Positions 18,116 to 28,192 of a DNA stretch of 64,000 bases are shown piece by piece (position 1 is the stretch's first letter; every line of letters begins with the position of its first letter). The notes under the pieces are model-generated. The model saw only the letters and a program-made list of their open reading frames with translations, was not told the DNA's origin and searched no databases. A program made the position numbers and the translations under genes. Source of the stretch: Pyrinomonadaceae bacterium. Its GTDB lineage: Bacteria; Acidobacteriota; Blastocatellia; Pyrinomonadales; Pyrinomonadaceae. The DNA is taken from assembly GCA_046313635.1 (NCBI GenBank), contig JBKBYA010000002.1, forward strand, positions 288,001 to 352,000. Direction: 5' to 3'.

Positions 18116-20098
18116 ATGCACGATACTGCCGCACCCAAACAACTGACCGTCGTTCTCGCCGGCAACCCCAACGCGGGTAAGACGACCCTCTTCAATTCGC
18201 TCACAGGACTAAAACAAAAGGTCGCGAATTACCCCGGCGTTACCGTCGAGCGTAAGCAGGGAACTTGGCATCTGCCGTTCGCCGATGTCGATCTGATCGA
18301 CCTTCCCGGCCTGTACAGTCTCGACGCGACCTCGCTGGACGAGCAGATCGCGCGGCAGGTGATAACGGGCGAGCTCACAGGCATCGCAAAGCCCGACGCC
18401 GTGATCGCGGTCGTCGACTCGACCAACCTCGAACGCAATCTCTATCTCGTGACGCAGCTTCTCGAATTTGGCACACCGGTCGTCGTCGCCTTGACGATGA
18501 TCGATACATTCGAAAAGCAGAAGCACGAGATCGATATCCGGCGCCTCCGAGCGCTGCTCAAGGTCCCGGTCGTCGCCGTCAACGCGCGTACCGGCCGCGG
18601 CAAGGATGAGCTCGCCGAGGCGCTCGAGTCGGTGATCGGCTCGCATGCTCCGCTGCCGGCCGAGCTCAACGGCCATCTTGAGGGCGCCGGCGACACGGCC
18701 CGCATCTTTGCCCGCTACAACTTTATCTCGAATGTCGTGCAGGAATCCGTCCGGCACAACGACCGCGCTCACCATGCCGTCTCGGAAAAGATCGACCGCG
18801 TCCTGACTCACAAATTCTTCGGGCTCGTGATCCTGGCCGTGGTGCTCCTGCTGGTCTTTCAGGCGATCTTCTCGTGGGCGAGCCTGCCGATGGATCTGCT
18901 CGATCGCGGCTTTGGCGATCTCGCCGATTGGTCGCGGGCCGCGATGCCGCAGGGCGTGCTTTCGGACCTGGTAGCCGACGGCATCATCGCGGGCGTCGGC
19001 GGCGTGCTCGTCTTTTTGCCGCAGATCCTTTTGCTGTTTCTTTTTATCTCGCTGCTTGAGGATACGGGCTACATGGCACGCGCGGCGTTCCTTCTCGACA
19101 AGCTGATGAGCCGCGTCGGGCTGCACGGAAAGGCGTTTTTGCCGCTGATGAGCAGCTTTGCGTGCGCGATACCCGGCATCATGGCGACGCGGACGATCGA
19201 GAGCCGCCGCGACCGCTTTGCGACAATTTTGATCGCGCCTTTTATGAGCTGCTCGGCTAGGCTGCCGGTGTATTCGCTGATGATCGCGGCGTTCTTCACG
19301 GGGCAGACGGTGCTCGGATTCATCTCGATCGGTGCGGTGCTGATGCTGGCGATGTACACGCTCGGGATCATGGTCGCCATCGTCGTCGCATTCATCCTCA
19401 AGCGGACGCTGCTCAAGGCGCCTCCGCCGCCATTTCTGATGGAGCTGCCGCCGTACCGTGTGCCGAATCTCCGCAGCGTTTTTCAGAATATGGTGACGCG
19501 CGCATGGCTCTTCGTAAAAAGGGCGGGCACGGTCATTCTCGCGATCTCGATCATTCTCTGGGCTCTGATGTACTTTCCGAGGTCGGCCGAGCCGGCAGAA
19601 GCTCAGGCGGTCCCGGCAGAAGTGTCGACTCTCGAGACGTCCGCGGACAGCGAGGTTTCGACCGAGAGCGAGCAGCTCAAGAACAGCTTTGCGGGCCGGC
19701 TCGGTCACGCGATCGAGCCCGCGATCGCGCCGATGGGATTTGATTGGAAGACAGGGGTCGCTCTTATCGCGAGCTTTGCCGCGCGCGAGGTCCTCGTCTC
19801 GACCCTCGGCATCATTTACAACGTCGGAAAGGACGAGAACGAGCAGTCTGAGACGCTCGTCTCAGCAATTCGCGAAGCGAAAAAAGACGACGGCTCGCCG
19901 GCGTGGACGCCGCTCTCCGCGCTCTCGCTGATGGTCTTTTTTGTCCTGGCGATGCAGTGTATGTCGACGGTGGCGATCGTTCGCCGCGAGACCAACTCCT
20001 GGCGTTGGCCGCTCTTCATGATCGTCTACATGACAGGTCTCGCGTACGTCGCGTCGGTGATAACATATCAGGGCGGACGGGCCCTCGGATTTGAATGA
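18116..20098 (+). CDS. feoB: Ferrous iron transport protein B
   Basis: GNPNAGKT, NYPGVTVE, DLPG GTPase motifs. Gate motifs CAIPGIMATR and MSCSARLPVY. Confidence 0.97.
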   Translation: MHDTAAPKQLTVVLAGNPNAGKTTLFNSLTGLKQKVANYPGVTVERKQGTWHLPFADVDLIDLPGLYSLDATSLDEQIARQVITGELTGIAKPDAVIAVVDSTNLERNLYLVTQLLEFGTPVVVALTMIDTFEKQKHEIDIRRLRALLKVPVVAVNARTGRGKDELAEALESVIGSHAPLPAELNGHLEGAGDTARIFARYNFISNVVQESVRHNDRAHHAVSEKIDRVLTHKFFGLVILAVVLLLVFQAIFSWASLPMDLLDRGFGDLADWSRAAMPQGVLSDLVADGIIAGVGGVLVFLPQILLLFLFISLLEDTGYMARAAFLLDKLMSRVGLHGKAFLPLMSSFACAIPGIMATRTIESRRDRFATILIAPFMSCSARLPVYSLMIAAFFTGQTVLGFISIGAVLMLAMYTLGIMVAIVVAFILKRTLLKAPPPPFLMELPPYRVPNLRSVFQNMVTRAWLFVKRAGTVILAISIILWALMYFPRSAEPAEAQAVPAEVSTLETSADSEVSTESEQLKNSFAGRLGHAIEPAIAPMGFDWKTGVALIASFAAREVLVSTLGIIYNVGKDENEQSETLVSAIREAKKDDGSPAWTPLSALSLMVFFVLAMQCMSTVAIVRRETNSWRWPLFMIVYMTGLAYVASVITYQGGRALGFE

Positions 20099-20262
20099 GC
20101 GAGACGATCCAATACATCATCGTCGCCCTCGTGCTGCTCGCGGCCATCGCCTACACGGCACGCGGCGTTATTCGAAAGGGCCGCTCGATGTCGCCGAAGC
20201 GTGCCTCGTGTGAGGCCGACTGCGGCTGCGGCTCGTCGGAGAAAGCGGCTCGAGCTCGATAG
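20095..20262 (+). CDS. FeoB-associated Cys-rich membrane peptide (55 aa)
   Basis: Not in the ORF track. ATG overlaps the feoB stop (ATGA): MSETIQYIIVALVLLAAIAYTARGVIRKGRSMSPKRASCEADCGCGSSEKAARAR*. Confidence 0.8.
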   Translation: MSETIQYIIVALVLLAAIAYTARGVIRKGRSMSPKRASCEADCGCGSSEKAARAR

Positions 20263-20267
20263 TCGAT

Positions 20268-21155
20268 TTGGAAGAAGAACCCAAATTTCTAACCGCCGGA
20301 ATGCGTTCGATGTTCTTGTCGACGCTTTCTTTTTTTCTCGCCAACGTATTTGTCAAAGAGGTCAGCCACATCCCCGCGATGGAGATCGTTTTCTTTCGCT
20401 GCGTGGTCGCGTCGGCGCTCTGCCTTTACGGCCTTCGCAGGGCGGGCGGCGACTGGAAAGGGTCAAACCGCAAGCTGCTGCTGATGCGAGGACTATTCGG
20501 CACGACGGCGCTCTATTTCTTTTTCGTCACGCTGCAGAATATGCCGCTCGCCACCGCGCAGACGATTCAGTATCTCTCGCCGATCTTTACGAGCGTGATC
20601 GCGATATTTGTGCTCGGCGAATCGGTCCGCGGCGCGCAGTGGCTGTTTTATGCGATCGCATTCGGCGGCGTGCTGCTGATCGAGCGGGTCGACGCGCGCG
20701 TGTCGCCGTTCTTTTTGACGATCGGTGTGATCTCGGCCTTCTGTTCGGGCGTGGCGTACAACCTCGTGCGCAGCCTGCGGGGCCGGGAACATCCGCTGAC
20801 GGTCGTCTTGCACTTTCAGCTTGTCGGAGTGGTGGCCGGATCTATCGGATGCCTTTTTGAATGGCGGACGCCGAGCGGAATCGATTGGATCTACCTTCTG
20901 CTGATCGGTATCTTTTCGCAGCTCGGGCAGATCTTTTTGACCAACGCGCTGCAGCGCGAAAAGGTCGCGGGCGTCGCGATCATAAACTATACAGGCCTCG
21001 TCTATGCATTGCTCGTCGGAGCCTTCGTCTTTGGCGAGGAGCAGTCGGCAGGGACGATGGCCGGGATGCTGCTTGTCGTCTTCGGCGTGCTGCTGAGCGT
21101 CTTTTACAGCCGCCGCATGCGCGATCTGGAGAAGATCGAGGCGACGGCGGGTTGA
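20268..21155 (+). CDS. DMT/EamA family transporter
   Basis: About 10 TMs, EIVFFR, MPLATAQTIQYLSPIF. Confidence 0.88.
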   Translation: MEEEPKFLTAGMRSMFLSTLSFFLANVFVKEVSHIPAMEIVFFRCVVASALCLYGLRRAGGDWKGSNRKLLLMRGLFGTTALYFFFVTLQNMPLATAQTIQYLSPIFTSVIAIFVLGESVRGAQWLFYAIAFGGVLLIERVDARVSPFFLTIGVISAFCSGVAYNLVRSLRGREHPLTVVLHFQLVGVVAGSIGCLFEWRTPSGIDWIYLLLIGIFSQLGQIFLTNALQREKVAGVAIINYTGLVYALLVGAFVFGEEQSAGTMAGMLLVVFGVLLSVFYSRRMRDLEKIEATAG

Positions 21156-21190
21156 CGCACCAGCTGTCGTCAAAGAAGATTGATTTGCCT

Positions 21191-21676
21191 ATGTCCGACA
21201 GCCTCATCCGAGCTTTTATCGTCACGGTCAGCGACACGCGAAACGTCAAGACCGACGCTTCGGGCGACCGGCTCGCCGAGCTTTTGCTGGCGGCCGAAGC
21301 GGACGTGATCGGCAAGCTGATCGTGACTGACGATCTGGATGTTATCCGCGATACTCTGATCGAGTTGTCGACGAGGGAAGATGTCGATCTCGTTTTCACG
21401 ACCGGCGGGACTGGCTTTGCTCCGCGAGACAACACGCCCGAGGCGACACGGGCCGTGATCGAGCGAGAAGCTCCCGGCCTCGCCGAGGCGATGCGTCGCG
21501 AGACCGCATCAAAGACGCCGATGTCGATTCTTTCGCGAGCCGTCTGCGGCATTCGCGGCCGCACTCTGATCGTTAATCTGCCCGGCTCGCCTAAGGGCGT
21601 CGAAGAGTGCTTCGAAGTGATAAAGCCTGTCCTGCCGCACGCCGTCGCGCTCATTCGAGGAGATACGGGGCATTAG
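21191..21676 (+). CDS. mog: Molybdopterin adenylyltransferase (MogA/MoaB family)
   Basis: TVSD...DASG, TTGGTGFAPRDNTPEAT, LSRAVCG, NLPGSPKG. Confidence 0.92.
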   Translation: MSDSLIRAFIVTVSDTRNVKTDASGDRLAELLLAAEADVIGKLIVTDDLDVIRDTLIELSTREDVDLVFTTGGTGFAPRDNTPEATRAVIEREAPGLAEAMRRETASKTPMSILSRAVCGIRGRTLIVNLPGSPKGVEECFEVIKPVLPHAVALIRGDTGH

Positions 21677-21678
21677 GT

Positions 21679-21876
21679 GATTGCGGATTTCGGATTTCGG
21701 ATTTGAATCGGCGATCCGCGATCGATCGGCACGCTCCCTCACGGTCGAGTTTCTGCCCGGGCAATCCGCAATCCGAAATCCGCAATCCGAGATCCGCAAC
21801 CGACGGCCGGCACGCTCCCTAACGGTCGCGTTTCTGCCCGGAAAATCCGCAATCCGAAATCCGCAATCCGCAATCG
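21679..21876. repeat. Composite repeat cassette 1: heptamer arrays plus two 33-nt REP-like units
   Basis: ATTGCGG/ATTTCGG arm, units CGGCACGCTCCCT(C/A)ACGGTCG(A/C)GTTTCTGCCCG at 21727-21759 and 21808-21840, each followed by (AATCCGC/AATCCGA)n. Confidence 0.92.
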
Positions 21877-21889
21877 AAGAGCTCCTCGC

Positions 21890-23437
21890 CTACCTCCGCA
21901 GCGCGGACTGAATGAATGCCGCCGCGTCCCTTTTCAATTTGGCGAGCGAGTTTTTCTCGATGTACATCATGTGGCCCGAGTCGTAGTACTCGAAGCTGAC
22001 GTTCTTTCTCAGCTCGGGGTCGAGGTTCATCGCCGAGACGGTGTACTCAGCCGCATAGAAGGGCGTCGCCATGTCGTAGTAGCCCTGGGCGAGCAGGACC
22101 TTCATATACGGATTTTTCGCCATCGCGTCCTTGAGCGGGATGCTCGTGTCGGCGTAGCCGTTATTGACGTTGTAGTTCCACGGCGATGTGATGCCGCCGC
22201 CGAGGATGTAGTACTCGACGTCGGACTTGTAGCCGAGCTCGCGGCGGACGTAGTCGTTAAAGACCGACGTGTACGGCGGACGAATGGCGTTCATGCTCGG
22301 GTCCGAATCGATGTTGTTGTTCGCGGCGTCGCGGTCGATGCCCGTAAACCGGCTGTCGAGGCGGCCGACCGAGCGGCGGCGATCGCGGAGCAGCTCTTTC
22401 AAAAACTCGCCAAGCTCCACACGGAAGTTGTTGTTCAAAACGAACTGGCGGCTGAGCCCCGTGAACGACGCGAACTTGTCCGCGAGTGCGTCGCGTTCGC
22501 CCGCCGAGAGCTGATCGATCCGCAGCATTGCCGGCATATACTCATTTGCCGCGAACTGCCGCGCTTCCTGCGCGATCTGGGCGACCGTCTTGGCCTGCAT
22601 CGCCGGGGACAGCTTTTTGTGATACCAGGCCGTCGTCGCGTACGACGGCAGGATCAGCACGAGCGGCATGTCGTTGTTGTCGGCGAAGCGGATCGTTTGA
22701 AAGTTCATCACCGTCGAGACCAGGATGATGCCGTTCAGCCCGACGCCGTGCTCAAAGAGCCAGTTCGAGAGCCCCGAGGCCCGCGTCGTGCCGTAGCTTT
22801 CGCCGACGAGAAACATCGGCGACGACCAGCGCTCGCTGCGGCCGAGATACATCCTGATAAATTCGCCGACCGACTCGATGTCGCCATTCACTCCGAAGAA
22901 TTTGCTCGCAAGCTCGGGCTTAGCGGCGCGAGAGTAGCCGGTGCCGACCGGGTCGATAAAGACCATATCGGTCTCGGTCAGCCACGTCTGATCGTTGTCG
23001 ACCATCTCGTACGGCGGCGGCGGCATTAGGCCGTCGTCGAGCATCTTGACGCGGCGCGGGCCGAGCGCTCCGAGATGCAGCCAGACCGACGCCGAGCCGG
23101 GGCCGCCGTTGAAAGAGAACATCAGCGGACGCGTCCTGGGGTCGGAGACTCCGTCGAGCGTGTAGGCCATGTAGAAGATCCGAGCTTCGGTCTCGCCGCT
23201 GACGGCATTTTTGATCGGCATAAAGCCGGTCGTGGTCGTGTAGTTGAGCGTGCGGCCGCCGACGCGGACCGACTGCTTTCGCACGACCGGAGCTTCGTCG
23301 CGCGGGTCCGGCGTCGGTCGCGGCGTCGCTGCATTCTGCGGCGTCTCGGTCGGTCGCGGCTGCGCGGCCGCCGGCGAGACCGCGGGCGTCGGCGTCTGGA
23401 ACAACAGCAGTAAAGGCAGGAAAAATGTGGCTAGCAT
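21890..23437 (-). CDS. Serine carboxypeptidase S10 family
   Basis: FNGGPGSAS, FIDPVGTGYS, GESYG nucleophile, GYYDMATP, SGHMMY. Confidence 0.93.
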   Translation of the reverse strand: MLATFFLPLLLLFQTPTPAVSPAAAQPRPTETPQNAATPRPTPDPRDEAPVVRKQSVRVGGRTLNYTTTTGFMPIKNAVSGETEARIFYMAYTLDGVSDPRTRPLMFSFNGGPGSASVWLHLGALGPRRVKMLDDGLMPPPPYEMVDNDQTWLTETDMVFIDPVGTGYSRAAKPELASKFFGVNGDIESVGEFIRMYLGRSERWSSPMFLVGESYGTTRASGLSNWLFEHGVGLNGIILVSTVMNFQTIRFADNNDMPLVLILPSYATTAWYHKKLSPAMQAKTVAQIAQEARQFAANEYMPAMLRIDQLSAGERDALADKFASFTGLSRQFVLNNNFRVELGEFLKELLRDRRRSVGRLDSRFTGIDRDAANNNIDSDPSMNAIRPPYTSVFNDYVRRELGYKSDVEYYILGGGITSPWNYNVNNGYADTSIPLKDAMAKNPYMKVLLAQGYYDMATPFYAAEYTVSAMNLDPELRKNVSFEYYDSGHMMYIEKNSLAKLKRDAAAFIQSALRR

Positions 23438-23519
23438 ATTTTGTATAGGAATTGTCTGGTCTGCGTTTGATCGTGCAAAAGTTTACGGCCCGCATTTAGG
23501 CGAAGGCAAGCCGGAAGGA

Positions 23520-23720
23520 AATGCGGATTTCGGATTTCGGATTTCGGATTTGAATTCGCGATCCGCGATCGACCGGCACGCTCCCTAACGGTCGCGTTTC
23601 TGCCCGGGAAATCCGCAATCGGCAATCCGAAATCCGCAATCGACGACCGGCACGCTCCCTCACGGTCGAGTTTCTGCCCGTCGGCAATCCGAAATCCGAA
23701 ATCCGCAATCCGAAATCCGC
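23520..23720. repeat. Composite repeat cassette 2: direct copy of cassette 1
   Basis: AATGCGG(ATTTCGG)3, 33-nt units at 23574-23606 and 23648-23680, AATCCGC/AATCCGA arrays. Confidence 0.92.
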
Positions 23721-23732
23721 CGCCACTTTCCC

Positions 23733-24947
23733 CTACCGTACCGTCTCGCTGACGACCTTGCCGTTGATGACGGTGCCGATGCAATGGCTTGTCCATTCGA
23801 ATGGATCGCCGTCGTAGAGTGCGAGGTCGCCGTCCTTGCCTTTTTCGATCGAGCCGATCCGCGCGTCGAGGCCGAGCAGACGCGCCGCGTCGATCGTTAT
23901 GAGCGCGAGCGCGTCGCGCTGCGAGAGACCGTTGGCGGCGGCCATCGCCGCCTCGAAGAGAACGGTGCGCGTCTTTGGCACGTAGGCTTCGTAGCCGCTT
24001 TGCAGGGCGACCGTGATGCCTGCGGCTTTGAGCTTCGCGGCGGTCTCGAGCGAGAGGCTCTCGGCGTCGCCGCCAGGCCGCGCCATCGTCGGATGAACGA
24101 CGACCGGGAAGCCCGACGCCTTGATCTCGTTGATCACCAGCGGAGCTTCGGCCACGCCGTCTAAAACGATGCGGAGGTTGAACTCCTTTGCAAGCCTGAG
24201 CGCGGTCATGATGTCCTGCGCCTTGTTCGCGGTGACGAGCAGCGGCAGCTCTCGCTTGATGACGCGGAGCATGATCTCGGAACGCGGGTCGCGCGGCGGC
24301 TCGGACTTTTTCGAATTCTCAAGCGCCTTGATCAGCTCGGCCCGCAGCATCGCCGCCTGCTTGGCGCGCGTTCCCGGCGACTTGCCCTGACCGGCGAGTG
24401 CATCCTGACCGAAAGTGACGGCGATCATCGCGGTCGGCACGAGCGTGACGTCGTCGACCGTCTTGCCAAAGGTCTTCGCGATCATCGTCTGTCCGGAGAT
24501 CAGCGCAGACGGCTGATGCCCGGTGTGGATCGTCGTCACGCCGTACTGCCGAATGTGCTCGATCAGCCGTTCTTCGGTGTTGTAAGCGTCGATCGCACGC
24601 AGCTCAGGCTGCATCGAGGCGCTCGCGTCGAGCGCCATCTGGTCGTGCGGCTGATTCAAATAGCCGTTGAGGCCGACGACGGAATGCGCGTCGATGAGAC
24701 CGGGCGTCACGACCTTTGCGGTAAACACGCGGTAATTTGCCGGAATGTTTATTTGCGAAGCCGCGCCGACCGCCTCGATCTTGCCGTCGGCGCCGACGAG
24801 CACGACGCCGTTCCGGATCGGCTCGCCTGCCATCGTCCAGACCGTCTCGCCCTTGACCGCGATCTGCGCGTGGGCGGTGAGCACGGAGCAGTAAGCGGTG
24901 AGCAGAAGTAAGAAGAAGATACTTGTAGCTTTCAGTTTGTCGTGCAT
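23733..24947 (-). CDS. Amidohydrolase family protein (secreted, degenerate metal site)
   Basis: VTPGLIDAHS, GSIEKGKDGDL..YDGDP, signal peptide. Confidence 0.85.
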   Translation of the reverse strand: MHDKLKATSIFFLLLLTAYCSVLTAHAQIAVKGETVWTMAGEPIRNGVVLVGADGKIEAVGAASQINIPANYRVFTAKVVTPGLIDAHSVVGLNGYLNQPHDQMALDASASMQPELRAIDAYNTEERLIEHIRQYGVTTIHTGHQPSALISGQTMIAKTFGKTVDDVTLVPTAMIAVTFGQDALAGQGKSPGTRAKQAAMLRAELIKALENSKKSEPPRDPRSEIMLRVIKRELPLLVTANKAQDIMTALRLAKEFNLRIVLDGVAEAPLVINEIKASGFPVVVHPTMARPGGDAESLSLETAAKLKAAGITVALQSGYEAYVPKTRTVLFEAAMAAANGLSQRDALALITIDAARLLGLDARIGSIEKGKDGDLALYDGDPFEWTSHCIGTVINGKVVSETVR

Positions 24948-26269
24948 TAGTCCTGCCCTCCGATGTCGCCGTCAAAGCAGTCAAGGTGAGCAAAGCCGTC
25001 GCTGCCCGCGCCGACGCCGCCGACGGCGATCAGGCGATCTTTCGGGTCGCTGCGGTCAAAGACCTTTTTGCCCTCGACCCAGGTCTCGAGCACGTGCGTG
25101 TAAACGCTCAGCGGGTCGCCCGACAGGATTATGAAGTCGGCGTCCTTTCCCTGCTCGAGCGAGCCGATGCGGTCCTGCATTTCGAGCATGATCGCGTTGG
25201 CCATCGTCATTCCGTAGAGGGCCTTTTCGCGCGACATCCCGGCCCGCACGGCGAGCGCCGCCGAACGCAGGAACCAGCGCGAGTCGGTAATGCCGTCGTC
25301 GGTGTGAAAGCCGACGAGCCCGCCCGCCTTTTCGAGCGCGGCGCCGTTCTCGTAGCGGACGTCGACCGTCTCAAGCTTGCCGCCCGGAGCGTCGATCATG
25401 ATTATCGACGACGGAACCTTGGCCTTGGCGATCTCGTCCGCGACCTTCCACGCCTCGGAGACGTGCTGCAGCACGAGGCGGAATCCAAACTCCTTTTGCA
25501 GCCGCAGCACGGTCAGGATGTCGTCGTGCCGGTGCGTATGAAAATGAACGACCCGCTTGCCGTCGAGCACCTCGACGAGAGCCTCCATCGCGAGGTCTCG
25601 AGGCGGCAGCTTGGACGCGTCGCCGCCGGCCTTTCTGATCTTGTCGCGATACTCCTGCGCCTTGACGAACTGCTCGCGGACGAGCGCGGCCGACTTGGCG
25701 CGCGTGCCCGGAAAATTGCCGCCGCCCGGTCGGATCGGATTCGTTCCGTTCGCGAATTTGATCCCGCCCATGTACTTGCCTTCACGGTCGTAGATCAGCA
25801 GGTCGTCGACCTTGTTCGCGCCGTCGCGCAGCTTGAGGTAAAGCGTCTGTCCGCTGTCGAGATGTCCCGACCCGGGCATTACGTTAACCGTCGTGACGCC
25901 GCCCGCCTGCGCACGCTGAAGGCTCGCCGCACGGGCGTTCACGCTGTCGAGCACGCGTACGTCCGGCTGGATCGGCGCCGACCCGTCGGCTCCCGCGACG
26001 CCGCCGATATGACTGTGCGAATCGACGAGTCCCGGCATTATCACCTTGCCCTTTGCGTCGATTGTCTGAGTGCTCGACGAGATCCTGACCGTGCGGGCGT
26101 CGCCGACCGCGACGATCTTTCCGTTCTGCACGATCAGCACCCCCTGTTCGATCTCGGGGCCCGCGATCGGGATGATCCGTGCGTTGATAAAAGCGATGGG
26201 CCGCTCCTGTGCGGTCGCGGCGATCGCGGCGGCGCACACGATGAGCAGTCCCGTAAGTATTTTTTTCAT
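24947..26269 (-). CDS. Amidohydrolase family protein (secreted)
   Basis: MPGLVDSHSH, HTHRHDD, LQHVSE, FHTDD, GSLEQGKDADF. Start trimmed to MKKILTG. Confidence 0.88.
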   Translation of the reverse strand: MKKILTGLLIVCAAAIAATAQERPIAFINARIIPIAGPEIEQGVLIVQNGKIVAVGDARTVRISSSTQTIDAKGKVIMPGLVDSHSHIGGVAGADGSAPIQPDVRVLDSVNARAASLQRAQAGGVTTVNVMPGSGHLDSGQTLYLKLRDGANKVDDLLIYDREGKYMGGIKFANGTNPIRPGGGNFPGTRAKSAALVREQFVKAQEYRDKIRKAGGDASKLPPRDLAMEALVEVLDGKRVVHFHTHRHDDILTVLRLQKEFGFRLVLQHVSEAWKVADEIAKAKVPSSIIMIDAPGGKLETVDVRYENGAALEKAGGLVGFHTDDGITDSRWFLRSAALAVRAGMSREKALYGMTMANAIMLEMQDRIGSLEQGKDADFIILSGDPLSVYTHVLETWVEGKKVFDRSDPKDRLIAVGGVGAGSDGFAHLDCFDGDIGGQD

Positions 26270-26333
26270 TTTTTGTCCTCTTAGGTCGAGTGGGGAAGTG
26301 TACGCGATAAGTTGCAACGATTCGGCGCGAGAG

Positions 26334-28130
26334 TCAAGACACACCTTCGGCCGGGGTCGAGATGCCGCCATTCGAGCCGGCCGGCAGCGAGATCACAAAT
26401 CGCGTCCCGCCGGTGTCGAGCGGTTCGGCCGCGATCCTGCCGCCATGCGCGGTCACGATCGCGTAACAAACGGCGAGACCGAGACCGGTGCCTTTGCCGG
26501 GAGCCTTGGTCGTGAAGAACGGGTCGAAGATCTTGTTAGAAAGCTCGGCGGGGATGCCGTGGCCCTCGTCCGCGATCTCGACCTCGACGGCTCGATCGCC
26601 GGCCGGATGCCGCGCCGCGATGGTCAGACGCCCGCCTTCGGGCATCGCATCCTTGGCGTTGAGCAGCAGGTTGAGGAAGACCTGCTGGAGCTGGTCGGCG
26701 TCGGCGGATACGGTCGGCAGATCGCCGGGGACGGCGAGACGGACGTCGAGCTTTTGAAACGCCTCGTCAAAGTTTGCGAGCCTGAGACTCTTTTCGACCA
26801 CGTCGGCAATTCGGAGCGGACGGCGGACGGCGGGCCTCACGCGGCCAAAGTCGGTCAGGTCCTTGGTCACCTGCGAGATGCGGCGGATCTGCTCGGCGAC
26901 GAGCTTTAAACGCTGCGATGAAATTTCGTCGAGCTGCCCGTCGCGCTGCATCATCTGGATCAGCGACGAGAGCGAAGCGAGAGGATTGTTGACCTCGTGC
27001 GCGACGCCGGCGGCGAGCGTGCCCATCGCCGCGAGGCGTTCGGTGTGGATGAGCTGCTCGTTCAGCCGCTGAAGCTCACGGATGTCGGCCGCCATCTTGC
27101 GGCTCATCTCGTTGAACGACTCGGCGAGCAGGCCGATCTCGTCGTTGGTCCGCCGCAGGTCGACCTCGGTTCCGTATTCGCCCTTTGTGACCGCGACGGC
27201 CGCAAGCGTGATGCGCTGCAGCGGCCGCGAGATCGTGCGGAGTATCAGGAGTACGAGCAAGAGGTTGGGCACGAGCGCCGAGATGATGCTGAAGACGAGA
27301 TATCGCCGCCAGCCCTCGGCGTCAACTCCGCCGCGGAAAGACCACCAGACGATCGGCACCTGCAGCAGCAAAAAGCTCGAGATCGCTACCGACGCGATCG
27401 AGAGAGCGACCTTGTATGCGATCGGGAATAGCCGAAACTGATTGAGCGCCGTCTGCAGAGAAAAGAGCTTGAAATTGAGGATCGCGAACGCATACGCGAG
27501 AGCCCCCGGCAGAGTCAGCACCGCGCTGAAGGGGACGAGCTCGTACCGGTCGAAATACGGCAGCACGACATTCGCCAGCGACATCATCAGGCCCGTCAAC
27601 GCGAGGCCCCATAGTATCGACGCGAGCTGCTGCCCGCGCTGCGTGCCGCGGTAAGCGAGGTACTTGCGAAAGAGCAAAACCCCGCCGTAAACGTATACGG
27701 CATAGACGTAAGCGACAAAAACGTAGGCCAGCGGCCGCAGCTCGACGACGAACCTGCCGTCGCGAAACGCCACCTCGTCCCAGAGAAATCCAAGCGCGGT
27801 CGCCGGTACAAGCACGAGCGACGGAGCAAAGAGCATCGCCGCCTTTCGCCGCGGCGTACGCGAATTTTCGGGGAAGACCCAAGCAAAAACCACCAGCGCG
27901 AACTGCATCAGCATCGCGATGACAAAGCTCGCCCCGGCCCAAACTCTCCAGTCGGTGCCGGCATCGTAAAAATTCCAAAAGATCAGGTCTTTTGTCGTCC
28001 AAAGCGCGAGGAACGCGATAAACGCCGCAAACGTCTGATGAGATCGCTTCCTCGGGTCGGAAACGAAAACATAAAAACCCAGCAAGACAAGAAAGAAGAG
28101 TGAAAAGAGATGCAGGGCGACGAGCATCAA
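26334..28130 (-). CDS. Membrane sensor histidine kinase (multi-TM N-terminus, HAMP, HisKA, HATPase)
   Basis: [13 protein letters not shown] (HAMP), AHEVNNPL (H-box), [28 protein letters not shown]. Confidence 0.93.
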   Translation of the reverse strand: MMLVALHLFSLFFLVLLGFYVFVSDPRKRSHQTFAAFIAFLALWTTKDLIFWNFYDAGTDWRVWAGASFVIAMLMQFALVVFAWVFPENSRTPRRKAAMLFAPSLVLVPATALGFLWDEVAFRDGRFVVELRPLAYVFVAYVYAVYVYGGVLLFRKYLAYRGTQRGQQLASILWGLALTGLMMSLANVVLPYFDRYELVPFSAVLTLPGALAYAFAILNFKLFSLQTALNQFRLFPIAYKVALSIASVAISSFLLLQVPIVWWSFRGGVDAEGWRRYLVFSIISALVPNLLLVLLILRTISRPLQRITLAAVAVTKGEYGTEVDLRRTNDEIGLLAESFNEMSRKMAADIRELQRLNEQLIHTERLAAMGTLAAGVAHEVNNPLASLSSLIQMMQRDGQLDEISSQRLKLVAEQIRRISQVTKDLTDFGRVRPAVRRPLRIADVVEKSLRLANFDEAFQKLDVRLAVPGDLPTVSADADQLQQVFLNLLLNAKDAMPEGGRLTIAARHPAGDRAVEVEIADEGHGIPAELSNKIFDPFFTTKAPGKGTGLGLAVCYAIVTAHGGRIAAEPLDTGGTRFVISLPAGSNGGISTPAEGVS

Positions 28131-28192
28131 TCAGATATTACGGCGCCCTTTGAAGTTGGCAAAACGGCGAGAACTGAGCGCCCGCAAGCGGG

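Noticed and set aside
23500..23525. CCGGAAGGAA resembling the SRP RNA loop
   Set aside because: It lacks the surrounding SRP helix and runs directly into the heptamer array.
21727..23680. 33-nt repeats with 41-48 nt spacers as a possible CRISPR array
   Set aside because: Only two units per locus, the spacers are themselves heptamer repeats rather than unique sequence, and no cas genes are present.
21509..23796. Short ORFs reading RISDFG/NPQSEI (21509-21799, 21681-21911, 23431-23796, 23496-23726)
   Set aside because: These are translations of the heptamer arrays, with no RBS or independent coding evidence.
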